A program made the position numbers and the translations under genes. A DNA stretch of 60,994 nucleotides, the filler included, from Bipalium vagum (Eukaryota): assembly GCA_037834085.1 (NCBI GenBank). It is 3 parts of 3 records of this genome, joined end to end, with 100 filler letters (N's around TTAATTAATTAA, not from the genome) between each part and the next. Parts side by side here need not be neighbours in the genome. Positions count along the whole stretch, not along the records: positions 19,383 to 37,509 come from JBBMKC010040095.1; positions 37,610 to 60,994 come from JBBMKC010209374.1; 1 more part is not named here. One strand, 5' to 3'. The notes under the pieces are model-generated. The model saw nothing but the letters and a program-made list of their open reading frames with translations, was not told the origin of the DNA and searched no databases. Below, in pieces: positions 27,801 to 39,974 of the stretch. The stretch's first letter is position 1, and each line of letters begins with the position of its first letter.

Positions 27801-30800
27801 CCGTCAGAGGAATTAGCAAATGCTACAAAAGAAATGAACGCTTTCAACTGAAAATAAAAGTTGTTACATTAGTAAAACAAAATTGATTCAATTTTTCTTA
27901 TTTATTTTTCTTGAGATATTTTTTTTTATTAAATTTTTTGTTTGTTCAATTTTATGGGTTTTCGTTTCTCAATTGGAATCGATTTAATCTCCTCACTCTT
28001 TTTTTCATTTTAGCAAGTATTGGAAAACGAGGATGGAAACTCTATTTTGGAAGATTGCAAGATCTAACCCTTCATCTGCACAAAGACGAAGTGTCGGTAA
28101 ATAACAGTTTGAAACGAAATCCAAAAATAAAAGCCAACGAAAGCGAGCTGCAAAAGAACGGAGATGGTTTTTTGGACAGAGTATCTTCACAAGTTGAGGA
28201 CAACAGAAATGACAAGTCTCCCAATGTTCAATTGAATGGGTTAGCGTTTCGTTTTCATAAACTTTGTTATTAAATTAAGGGAAAATTAATCCCCCACGTC
28301 GTCGTCAGTGAATAGATTTATTTATTAATTACGTTGTAGGTATATTTTTAACATGATTAATTGATTTTCATTTAAATTGAACAAGACGCTTTTTTATTTT
28401 GTCGGTAAAATGTTAAATATAATTATAAATTATAATTTTAAATAAAAATATTTCATTCTTATTGGATTCGGTCATATTATTATATTCTTCTTTTGTCGAC
28501 AATTCTCAATTTCTTTGAGTGTCTCGTCTGCATCCCGGAACTTGTTGAACCAATATTGTGGGGTTGCTTCGATAGTTATTTCTTTACCGAATACCAGATT
28601 AATGTTGCGATTTTCTTAAAATAATATGAAAAATTTAAATGTAATCGATTATTTTCCATGTTATTATTGTTATTTTATTTTTACTTAATTTTTTGCTTGT
28701 TTTAATCTTTAACTATTCAGTTTATGCACAAAATCATTTCATAATAAAATTTATTTATTCCAAGGATATTCTCCGTCATCGATAAGGTCTTTTCAAATCT
28801 TAACTTTCTTCATATTTAGGGTTAAATATTCACATTTCATGATGTCATCTTTATTAATTTTACTGAATCAAAAATTTCTTGGCGGACAATAATTATTTAG
28901 TTCCACAAGAAACTGACTTTTTCCTGATCAAGAAATTTTGCATTGCCCGGAATAGATTGTAGTCAGGAATTGCAATATCTGAACTTTGAGAACGATTAAA
29001 TAAATGTTTCCACTCAAAGTCTGTAATCTTATAAACTTTCCTATTTGTGGTATATGATTGTGTAACATTTTGATTAATAATGACTCACTTTCTGTATGCC
29101 AAGGCTAGCTTAGTTTTTTGCAGTTTCAGCTTTCAATTTCTCCAACTGAGTGTAATATACATTAATGTTTATTGTTCCACCACTTTCTAGCAACTCAAAA
29201 TATGTAATACTTCTTAGCAGACCACCAGATACTTAATATTATCTTTTTCTCGTGAATATTTGCTTTGTAGTGATTTTAGACCTTTGGTGATTCTCTTTGA
29301 ATGCCGGAGTTGTCGTATATAAAGAATTTTTTGAATCTGATATATCTAAATCTGATTATATTAAAACAATTAAACGCAGACATAAAATTTCATAAATCCT
29401 ATTTTTATATAAAATAAGATTGATTGCAAAACATCTAAAAATATTTTTTTGTTGCTGTTTTAAAATCGGACACTCATATTTGTTACACACACCATGTTTA
29501 TAAAAAATTTATTAACTTATTGAATATGAGTTACTAAAAATAGTTTAACTTCAAACCCCCTGCTTTAATAATAAAGTAATAATATTTAAAAAGTTTATTT
29601 GTAAATTTGGACAGATTTGTCCGTTTATCAATCATATCAAACCAGTGATTATTTTAATACTGAATAATTATTTTACAAAATATTGAACTGGGAAAAATAC
29701 GATTCTTCTTTATTCTTTGTGATATTATTGCACTGTCAATCAGTTTTGGGAATATATATTTTTTCTTTTATGGTTTATGAATATAATCAACTAGAGCTTG
29801 ACATTTTATGAACTTTATATATGGGTAATATTTTTAATTACTGGAATAGCCTATATGGTTAGAGAAAATCGTTATGGAAGTAACATATACAAGGAAAATT
29901 ATGTTGAAAAACAGTTGAATAAGCTTGATAATAATTTTATTACAAAATATATATCTTAGTAATATTTTTTATATTCTTAGTGGATTATAATTTAATTCTC
30001 GGTTCACGGATAAATAAATGTGTGTGTAGTGAGGTGATCGAAAAACGGGAATCAGTTTATATTTTTAATTATTTATTATTATTTGTCTTATTGTTATCTG
30101 TTTGGATTGAATTATTATGATTGAAGGGTTTTCTGGATCTTTAGGAATTATTTTGTATTTTTTTTTCTAATTAAAGGAATTTTTATGCATATTTTTATTG
30201 GACTTTATGGAAATATGATAATGAATATTATTAAAATTTTTAGTAATATTTGTTTTAATAATTTTTTTGACAAAATGATGATGAATTTTCTCCTTTTTTT
30301 ATTAGAACTACTAGTAAAAAGCCCAGAAAGTCGTATCGATTTCCACGAATAGACAAGCACAGCTCTACTCAGTCTTCTAAGTCCAATAACGAAAAGTCCA
30401 ATTCAACATCAAATTTACCAAACTCAGGGAACGAAACAGTCAATTCCAATATCGATTCCGGTTCGATAGGTGACACTCATATTTTCCTCAATCACGGATT
30501 TGCATCAAAGGCCACGGACTACAGTAAAAAACGAAACGTATTTCGTCTCCAAGTGAGCAATGGCAGTGAATATTTGTTTCAAGTGAAGTGAGAATCATTG
30601 AAATTTCTATAATTGATGATGGAAAATTTCTCTTTTAGTGAACCGAAAGAAGTCGAACTTTGGGTGGATTGTATAAATTTCGTTGCTGCTCTTTTGTCTC
30701 CTCCAATATTCACTAGTAATTGTAGCAAAGATTCTATAGATTCCTCCAAAAATCGGACCTATACCAGTCTGACTTCCTTCAACATTGTAATTGCAGTTTT

Positions 30801-33800
30801 TATTCGATTAATTATTTATTTTATTTTTCTTATTGTCATATTTATTTCCACTCTGTTCGGATTATGGCATGAGAAAATTCAGTTTTAGTAGTTCTAATTA
30901 ATTATTTTCCACCAATATTCCCATGAATTCTGCATTTATTGTTGTCGTATTTATTAATTATTTTACGGTAACCAAGCTTTTTAATTATCAAGTTATTAAT
31001 AAAAGAAATTATCATTTTTGAGGGATTGGGATCTATTTTTATCATTTTCATTTGATATTATCATTATTTATCATTGATTAAAGGAAATTATTTTCGTTTA
31101 ATAAGATAGGTCAATTATTATTGGCTGAAATTAGCATTTTAATTAGCTGATGTTGCGTCCTAGAAATTTTCAGAAATCATTATATTTAATATAGAGCTGA
31201 AAGGAAGGAGCGTTATTTCAGTGAAAATTCGTTTTTTTTATTTAACTAAAATTAATCTTTTTCTTTCGTTTTTTTGTAATCTCAGTTTTCTTGGTGGTTT
31301 TATTTCTTTTTTAAAAATAAATGCAACATTAAAAAAATTGATTCTCTTTTCATTGTATATTTATAATTATCATCTTTGTATTAATTTGATTGAATGTTTT
31401 CTAGACTAATTTCTTTATTTCCCGTAAATTTATTAATATTTCTTGAGCTAAATTTATAGACATTTTTTCCACACTTTTCTCCTTTTATTAGATTTTATTT
31501 CAGCTTAGTTTGTGAAAAAGAAAGAAAGTGGAAATTCTTGATAAATGTGTGAATTGGAGTAAGTTAATGTGAATAAAATAATTTCAGTGGAAAAATGTGT
31601 CGATTTTCACTCCAGAAAATTGTAAAGCTTATTATGAATACTTGAGTAAAAATCGAATTAAAAATTGAAAACAATTGTGCAATAATGGTTTCCAGAAATT
31701 TAATTGATATTAATTAGTGAAAAATTTTTATTTTAAAAATAATTTTATTTTTATTTCACTATCAATAATAGAAAATTAAAAATGATTTTTTGCATTTGTA
31801 AAATATATATATTATTATTTTTTTATATACAAGGTGTAGAGCTAGAATCCGGACAAATATATATTTATCATACAGTAATATACAGTTATATATAATTATC
31901 ATAGTAAAATGAAATACTAATACAGTTATTTATAAAATATTATTGATTATTCAATATAGTCACCATTTTTCGTTATCACTTGCTCTATTCTTTTTCTAAA
32001 GTTCGAGTATGCTATTTTTAGATATTCGTGGTTAATTCTGAATTGGACATCAATAGCAACCAGAAGAGAATCGGTATTAGGATACTGGAATCCTTTTTTC
32101 TCTATTCGATATAATATATTGAAATTACTGATCTAAACAAAAAGTATTTAAACAATCCATAATTTCAAATATTAGATAAATCTCAATTTAAATTTTGTCC
32201 TGATTCTAACGCCGTACCCTGTATTATTAATAATTTGGTAATTTTAAAATTGCATCACTTTTTAATATTGATTATATTTTATCTCAATGAAAATTATTAA
32301 ATACAACAGAACCATCATTATTATAGAATAATTTACAGTAGGTGTTCTCAAACTAAATTCAGAGGGGCCTAAAAATTCTCGAAAAATTAATTGGATTCCC
32401 ATACAAATTTTGTATCCGTTATTTTATGCCAAAATTTGAAAAAAAAAAAAAGAAAATTTTAAGATCATAGTTATGATCTCAATTTTGGTTCCTAGGATTC
32501 CATAAAAAAATTTTAAAGCCTCTACATTTCAAAAAGTTTGAGAACCTCCGAACTATGATTTTATGTAAATAAAATACAATAAATAAAAATTTTATTTAAT
32601 TAAAATATTCACCATTGAATTCTACACAGTTCCTGCTGCGTTATGCTTCAATTTCCATTCATATAAAAATAATTCGCGATTCTGTATTTTTTATTTTTAA
32701 TTCCATGCGATCTAAAATTATTTTAAGTAATTCTTATATTAAAGCAAATATTATCTAACGATTATTCAGATTTCAAATTGATATATAAATCAATTTTATA
32801 TAATAATTATTACTTGACTTATAATTAATTTTAAAAAAAGATTTCCAAATTCTGACATTTCATATGTGACAAAGGAATATATAAAACATGCTTTATTGAT
32901 CTAATCATTGAGACTGTACTTAACTGTATTTTTTGAAATACTATGACAACCAAAATCTTGATTGAAAAGAAAGGTTTAAGTCTTTTTCTTTCAATTGTCG
33001 TTCAACACCAATGTTTCGTGAAATTAAAAAAATCTTTTTTGAGATCATATTTTTATTGAATAAAATAATGAAAAAATCATTACAGAAAGAACAACTGGAA
33101 AGCCATCAGAGGTGTGTTCTAAACCTCGAACAGGACTTGATAAGTTTATCAACAAAACCATCTTGCAAGTCCGACAAAACCAAGCTAAAATGGCAATATA
33201 ATAGACAGCGTAAATTTATTGAGAAGGAGGTTGGTAAATATTTCCCCGTTTTGATTGATTTCATTTTTGACCGTTTAGCTTCTTCGATACAAAACATACG
33301 CCCAACTCCTGGAATTCGAAATGATCCATCTTCACAATGTTACAATTGCCAGATTGAGCCAACAAGCATTTATTGATCCTTATTTGGTTCCGATTCAGTA
33401 TTCTCAAATTCCAGGATCATCTCCTCTGTTCTATAACTATCAAACCAATCAATTTTTCCCGGCAATCAATTGCGTTTCGACAAGTATACCAGTCTTTCAA
33501 TATCATCCTTCCGGATCTATTAACAATTCAATTAAAGAATCATTGGAAGAAAACAATTCCCAATGCTCTTTAGATCCTCAAAATCCAATCAATATGCAAC
33601 GAGTTATTATTCGACCTTCATTCACGTGTAATCGAAATTCGAGATCACAATTAGGAATGAACAAATGTCGTCGCTACCGAAACATTCCCATTCAACCGAT
33701 AGTCATGCAATATCCCCCATCGTTTCACGTATCAAATTCACAAAACTCCATTTACGGAACTCTGGTTCCCACTCAGACGATATCAGCCAGTGCCAGTGGC

Positions 33801-33980
33801 AGCAAACTATCAACATTACACCATCCATCGGTTTCGAAAACGAAAGAATCTCTCTCTCCGAAATGCTCAGGTAATCTTAGTTCGACTAAACAATCATTAT
33901 CAGCACATCCAAATATTCAACCAGCAAACTGTGCCAACAACATGTCATCAAACAGTAGGACATTTTACGAAATTTTATGA
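21837..33980 (+). CDS. PSD: PSD/EFA6-family ARF6 GEF (Sec7 C-terminus, PH, coiled coil), 5' part missing. Exons 21837-21895, 21952-22085, 22552-22645, 25909-25990, 28014-~28239, 30306-30587, 30639-30786, 33086-33229, 33279-33980
   Basis: Sec7 motif HTLVCALMLLNTDLHG and KMSCEDFV..MAELNNGDNFDREEL..LFNSI; PH motifs GYLLRK, GKRGWKLY, HGFASKATDYSKKRNVFRL, EYLFQ, WVDCINFVAALLSPP; coiled coil KEQLESH..EKE/LLRYKTY. All are EFA6 hallmarks and the splice phases join. Confidence 0.9.
22174..22291 (+). mobile_element. Solo LTR (118 bp) of a tRNA-containing TRIM family, in a PSD intron
   Basis: TGTAAGG...CCTAACA inverted termini; perfect 5-bp TSD AGTAG (22169-22173 and 22292-22296); core is a tRNA-Ala-like sequence homologous to the LTRs at 55003 and 55244. 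Confidence 0.85.
22202..22273 (+). tRNA. tRNA-Ala(CGC)-derived sequence inside the solo LTR, probably non-functional in translation
   Basis: Acceptor stem GGGGACG/TGTCTCC with G3:U70 and discriminator A; D arm GCTC..GAGC; T arm CCGGG-TTCGAAT-CCCGG; intact A and B boxes. Anticodon stem is mispaired and position 33 is G. Confidence 0.75.
26537..27324 (-). mobile_element. Non-autonomous Tc1/mariner-type element
   Basis: Imperfect TIRs CAGTTGTTCCCAAAGGTAAGTTAA.. / ..TTAACTTACTTTTGGGAGCAACT; 5' TA; HTH remnant KKFFETGTMNRKSGSGRK. Confidence 0.7.
28480..29330 (-). mobile_element. Decayed mariner transposase
   Basis: Minus strand HEKKIILSIWW and SSDIAIPDYNLFRAMQNFL (YSPDLAPSDYHLFRSLQNFL-like). Confidence 0.7.
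31830..32221 (-). mobile_element. Tc1/mariner-derived MITE
   Basis: TA-flanked imperfect TIRs CAAGGTGTAGAGCTAGAATCCGGACAAA / TTTGTCCTGATTCTAACGCCGTACCCTG; internal transposase C-terminal remnant (FRKRIEQVITKNGDYIE). Confidence 0.7.
32339..32550. mobile_element. hAT-like MITE remnant
   Basis: Inverted ends GGTGTTCTCAAACT / AGTTTGAGAACCTCC. Confidence 0.4.
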
Positions 33981-36900
33981 TACCATAAGGTTCAGACTCT
34001 GATTGTAATAACGATCGCAATGAATGAACTGAATGATCATCAACATCCTTTATGTGTACTGAATAAATAGTTGTATATTTTCTACCTCAAGTGAGACCAA
34101 GGATATAATTCTATTTTAGTTTTTAAGCGTTCTGATGTTGTGTTTATTCGATAATTTTTTGACGGCACATCATGATCTCACCAGACAATTTTATTTATTT
34201 GAAAGTCTTTTTACTATTTCGTTTTCAATCATCAAAATTGAGGTCTCTCTTTCCTGTATATATATTAATACTACTACTATTACGGCTACGGCTACGACTC
34301 CTAATACTATTACTATTACTACTACTACTATTACTAAATATTTGGTACTGCAGACTTAATGAAACGAGCATGGTATAAGCTGACATTGTTCTAGGATATG
34401 ACAAAGGGAAATGTGGAACTATGTTTGATGTTGATATATAGGATTGCGATTAGTCCATAATCTTTATATCTTTTTCAGATAATGTCAACGGTTACTATTT
34501 CTTTGGAAATGATTTTCTGTTTGTGTACAAATGCTTTAAGTTTAATAAATTGTATATTGTTATACTGTTTATAAATTTTTATCGTAATAATTGTCTTGGT
34601 TTTTCCTTGTCAACGTTTTATAATGGGCGAAAAAATTGAAACGAGATTTCACTTACAGAAATTAATGGACATTTACCAGTTGGAAATTGCTTGTGATCGA
34701 GATGAGCCCGGGAAACTGTTGGAAAAGTTAATTAACTAATCGATTTTTTTCACAATTTAAAATGAAATGTTTTCCTTTAACTGGTCTTTTTATTTCGTTT
34801 ATTGTAGTTAAACAAAAAACGGGAAATACAAAAAATGATTAAATAATTTCCATCTTTTTTATTTGCGTTAGAAAAAGTGATAGGAAAACTTAAAAATAGT
34901 TTTAGATGGAGATTATTTTTTTTTAAAAATTGTGATTTATGAAATTCAATTTAAAAATTAAGAAATCTCTAATGGAAATTAGTTCGGAACGTTTTAGTAT
35001 GGGTTTTTATTAAAAATTCGAATAGTTGTCAGTAAAAGCTATTTGCAGTTTCATTAAGTGTATTCTGCATCGGACGATAAGGGGATATTTTGAGAATCCT
35101 GATAATTGAAAATGGACCTAAACTTAATTGATTTTTTCCAAGAAATTCATTCGTTCCGTTTTTAAGAATATCGAATGGACTTTTTTGTTTGACTTTAAGT
35201 TCATCCTTCAATTCTTCATAATTAAAGAGCTTCAGAAAGTCTTGAACAAAGTATTAACTGACTTTTTTCTACAGGAAGTCACAGAAATCAATATCAAATT
35301 TAAAGTCTCACTGAAATTGATTATGGTTACTTTATTCACAAACAAAATTTCACTAATTTCGCTTCATAACAAATTTCTCTTCCTTAGGATAAAGATTTTG
35401 AAAAGAGCTAAGCTTTAGGAATGATATAAAAGGATATTTATAATATTGGATAAGTTTGAGTCTTGTAGAAACCAAATTTTTATTTTGGTTCTCGACTTTA
35501 TCTTGTAAGATTGAAACATTTTAAGAGACATTCCTAAACTAAAGAATCTGGATAGTTTTAAATCACTTTTTGGAAATATTATCGAGACAATTACCCTATA
35601 TTTCTCATATTCTGATTTTATATTGTAATATTTAGAAACCAGGCAGTCTTCCAAGTCTCTCAAGTGCAATCAAATAACCACTACAAGTGGTTTGAGCTTC
35701 AACTTTATTGATTATATTAAAGTTTAATAATAGTTTACTTTAAGGTTATAATTATATTTTGGCTTTTAATTTTCTAGTTTTCTTTTATTATTACTTCGTT
35801 ATTTCTCTAATCGTTTTATGCTCAACTCCCTATCATAGAAATTATACTACAGGAGATACAGACTATCGTAATAAAAAATGTGACCTCCATATATAAAGTA
35901 AAATGTTGGAGTTTCTTACGAAAAGATTTTAACTCTTGTTCATCATACTTTTATGGTACTGTAACATAACACATTATACTTTACTATACTTAAATCTGTT
36001 GGCCCAATTATAGGTATGACTACGGCGTAAAAGTGACCAAGATACCAATTTATGAATAGTGAGATTATCCAAAATTAATGACAGATAATATTTAAGCTAT
36101 CACACGAATAAAACTCTTTAAAGATAGTCTGGTTTTAATCATTAAAATTCAGTTATGGTCTTAAATTTTTTTTATATGTTCATCTTATCTGTTTAATAAT
36201 AAATTGGATTTTAATTCAATTAATTAAAAAATTAATAAACAAGTACAAGACATTTTCCATTAATCTTATAATCTATTGATTTTGATAATAACGATTTGTG
36301 AAGACCCACCAAAAACGGTAAAAAATTAATATTTTTAGAATTTTCAAATCCGAACATTTCTTTTATTTGATTTTAATTTTTTAACTGTCATTTTATATTG
36401 TGCATTTATTTCAAAAAAATAAGTTATTAAAGAATTTAAAAATTATCTTTTCTTCTTTAAGAATAATAATAAATATTATAATTAAAAAATAATACAAATA
36501 ACTATAATAAAAGTATAAAAATAATTTATAAAAAAAATATTTACCTAGAATAAAATAATAAAAAAGATTAAGAAAATTAAAATTAAATTGGAAAAGAATA
36601 TCAGAATTTTAAGAAAATCTAAAAATAGTAACATAAAATTATCATTGCATTAAGCATTTAATTTTTTTGTTATTTCTGTTTCTATTTTATTTTTTCATTT
36701 TTAAATCAAACACTTAGAAGAGTGTTGTTCTATTGATTGCCCTGATGGGAGACCAAGCATAGTGCAAATATTGTTTTTTTAATTTTTCTCAAAAATATGT
36801 ACTTTTAAAAAGACGGTTAATAAAAGTTTGTTGAGTTCGATTTAGCAAATATTGTGAAGTGAAATCTTTAAATTCTATATTTTGATTAAACACACCACTA

Positions 36901-37437
36901 TTAAGCATGCTTGGAACCTAACCACAACCATTGGGACAAATGAGTTATTAATTCGTTAAATCACAACAAATGATCTTTTCTTACATATTTCCAAAGATTC
37001 CTGTCGATGCAATTGTTTAATCATGAATAATATTGTGGAGATTCCGAGCAGATCAACAAAATCCAACATCGGCACAAGGATTACAAATACAAAGAGTGTA
37101 ATATCTGTGACGAAAAATGAGCAATTAAAATAATTTCTTTTAATAAAATAATATTTAATCTACTTTATTAATATATTAATATTTTTGATATTACCAATTG
37201 TGTCATTTTGTTGTGCAGGCCTTCAGTATATTTTAATAATGTTGATTTTATTAGGTTTTATAAAAAAATATAATTTTTCCACGATCAATTGTTTTTTCAT
37301 TCTGATCAGTAAACATAATTAAGAGATAATTTATTTTGAAAATTAAATATAAACAAATCAAAATATCTGAAAAAGCAGTTTAATTAAATAAAAAATAATT
37401 AATATATAATTATACTTATTTTATTGTATTTTATTAT

Positions 37438-37439
<2 letters not shown>

Positions 37440-37509
<70 letters not shown>

Positions 37510-37609
37510 NNNNNNNNNNNNNNNNNNNNNNNNNNNNNNNNNNNNNNNNNNNNTTAATTAATTAANNNNNNNNNNNNNNNNNNNNNNNNNNNNNNNNNNN
37601 NNNNNNNNN
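37440..37609. other. (TAT)n microsatellite plus second assembly spacer (37510-37609)
   Basis: Same N44-TTAATTAATTAA-N44 cassette. Confidence 0.9.
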
Positions 37610-38159
37610 GAATCCTACGACAGTTAAAAAGAATACTACAAGGACCCACACAATCAATTCGTGCAAGTACCAACCAGCAAGTTGTCCACTATAAAAACGT
37701 TGGCCAGTCAACCAAACTAAAAAATCTACAAAACAAAACAACAAGTAACGAAAAATAAACAGCAAAAGAAAAGGCAGCACCGTTCCAGTAAAACGTAGAA
37801 CAACTCGAACTCGGAACTCAAAATCATCAGTACCATTCGTTCAAAAGCCACGATCCTTGCTATCCGACGACAAAAAAAAAGAAGAAACCTTTTTCAACCA
37901 AATTTTTATGCTCAAAGTTTTTGTTTTAAAAAAAGTAAATTCATTTTGTTTTAACTTGATATATTCATGTTTCAAAGTTTAATAAAACGTATTAAAGTTC
38001 AATTTTTATATTTTCAATTTCCTCAAGTGTCTGTCTTAGTTTAATTTTATAATTGATTTCATTTTATCGTAATTTACCGTAAAACGTATAATTCAAATTT
38101 ATTTTGTAATTGTTAAATGTATTTTACTTTTACATTAAAGTAACTTGTTGCAAGAAATT

Positions 38160-38970
38160 TGTGACAAAGTTCCAAGTCTACTTACATATACAAATTTATA
38201 TATCAATAATATAATATATAAATAGCTTGGAACCAAAGGTTCACAAGACTAGGAATCGATCTTAAGTAAACTTTATACATTTATATTTGTTTATTCCTAA
38301 TTAAATCAGGCGTGTCTTGTTAGTAAATAAATAATTAAGTACTTAGGCCAGGACCGGAGGATCAATTAACTTTTTAAAATTCCTTTTTCTTATTACCTTT
38401 TCTTTTTGTGTTCATATTCCACACGCTAAGTAGGACGGTGAAATATATTTTTATTCTTCAACGAAAACCTCTGAGCCTAAGAGCGAGAGGATTTTTCATA
38501 AATAATAATTATAATTAATAAAATCCAATCAGTCAGAATCGATATCACCATTTGTAATATTAAACTTTATTTTGAACCAAAATAAAAGTATTAAAAGATA
38601 AATCGTTTTCTTAGTCAATTTAAATAAACCGAACACATCCATAAGCAACCTTCAACCGTTAAGGCCTAAGTATTTCAGTAAGCCCCACCTTTAATATCAA
38701 CTTATTCCCTCATCTAAGGATATTAACATTTGGTGAGCCCGACGTGATAAATGTTCGGAGCATATTAAAACAAAACGGCAAGCAATAATAATAATCTAGA
38801 TATTGATAATAATAATAATAATTTTGATTTTGATAATAATTTCCCAAACGTAACAACTGTTAATTCCGAATCTGATAGTCAAATTGAAAAAGTTAAAGTT
38901 AAAAAGTCCAAAAAACAAAGTTTAATCGTTGAAAAACCTATCATCACTCGTCAATATAAATTTTATTGAT
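38160..38970 (+). mobile_element. LTR (38160-38728) plus tRNA-Trp PBS (38731-38748) plus truncated gag start of a Gypsy-like element
   Basis: TGTGAC...TTAACA (~569 bp), then TT and TGGTGAGCCCGACGTGAT (17/18 match to the canonical tRNA-Trp PBS TGGTGACCCCGACGTGAT). Shares TTAACA-TT-PBS..TCGGAGCA with the element at 57650. Confidence 0.75.
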
Positions 38971-39974
38971 GATCATAAATCAAGTTTAATATAATTTCAG
39001 CAATTTTATCTTAAATTTTGTTTTGATCTTTAGAATTAACCTGAAATTTTTTGTTTAAATGGAGCAACAACGAAATTGAATATTTTAAAAGAAAAATCTT
39101 ATGGGAAAAATAAATTCTGTTTTACTAAAAGTACAACTTGTAGAATTAAAAATAAAAGGAGACAATATGTTTAATATTGAAGCAAAAGCGAAGCTCACTT
39201 ATATTAAATATCGTAAAAGGGGTATATAACTTATTTATTATATTAAGATATTATTTTAATAAAACGGATCTATGTTATACTAAAACATAATATCAATATG
39301 ATATTAAATTTGATAATAATAATTATAATATTAGTGATATTTTAGATATATTTGATTCTCAGTTTTAAATTTTATTAGAAATATAATGAAAGATAAATAT
39401 GAATAAAAATAAAATAATAAATGTTGGTAATCATTTTGATGATAATGATGTTAATTTGAAGTATATCAAAATATTAGGAAAAATAGAAATACAACTCAAT
39501 TTGTTGAAAGATTCAGTTCTTCATCTTAAAGAAAATATTGATACAGAAATTGAGCAAAATTAGAACACTGTGCGAATCGGTTATAATAAAAGGGTCACTT
39601 ATGGTGTGATGTTGAAGACCGCAACAAGGTCTGTTATAGAATAATAAGTATATTAGTAGTATAACAATAATATAATAATAAGAGTTATTTTCCTTTCTGC
39701 CTTTGGTGATGGATTTATGCTTTTAACAACCAGTGGATTTACTATAAAAAAGTAACGATCTATTATGCCTTATCCAAAAATGCCACAATTATTTATCTTA
39801 TTAATTCATTATCTTATTAATGTAAAAGTGAGTAAATGTAATGCTTATGGTACATATTTCCTTTATATTATCGAAAATTTCCTGATTTTTATAATATTTC
39901 AATATCTTTAAGAAAAACTTTGTTACATTTATTAAGAATATCATAAAGTTTAAAAAAGTTATCAACTCAACATA

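Noticed and set aside
4756-33980. A single large RA + Sec7 + PH gene
   Set aside because: The two halves are separated by an artificial spacer, the N-terminal Sec7 exons are missing, and the 5' exons fit RASSF.
34135-34378. Thr-rich and Leu-rich ORFs
   Set aside because: Translation of a (TAC/TAT)n microsatellite downstream of the PSD stop.
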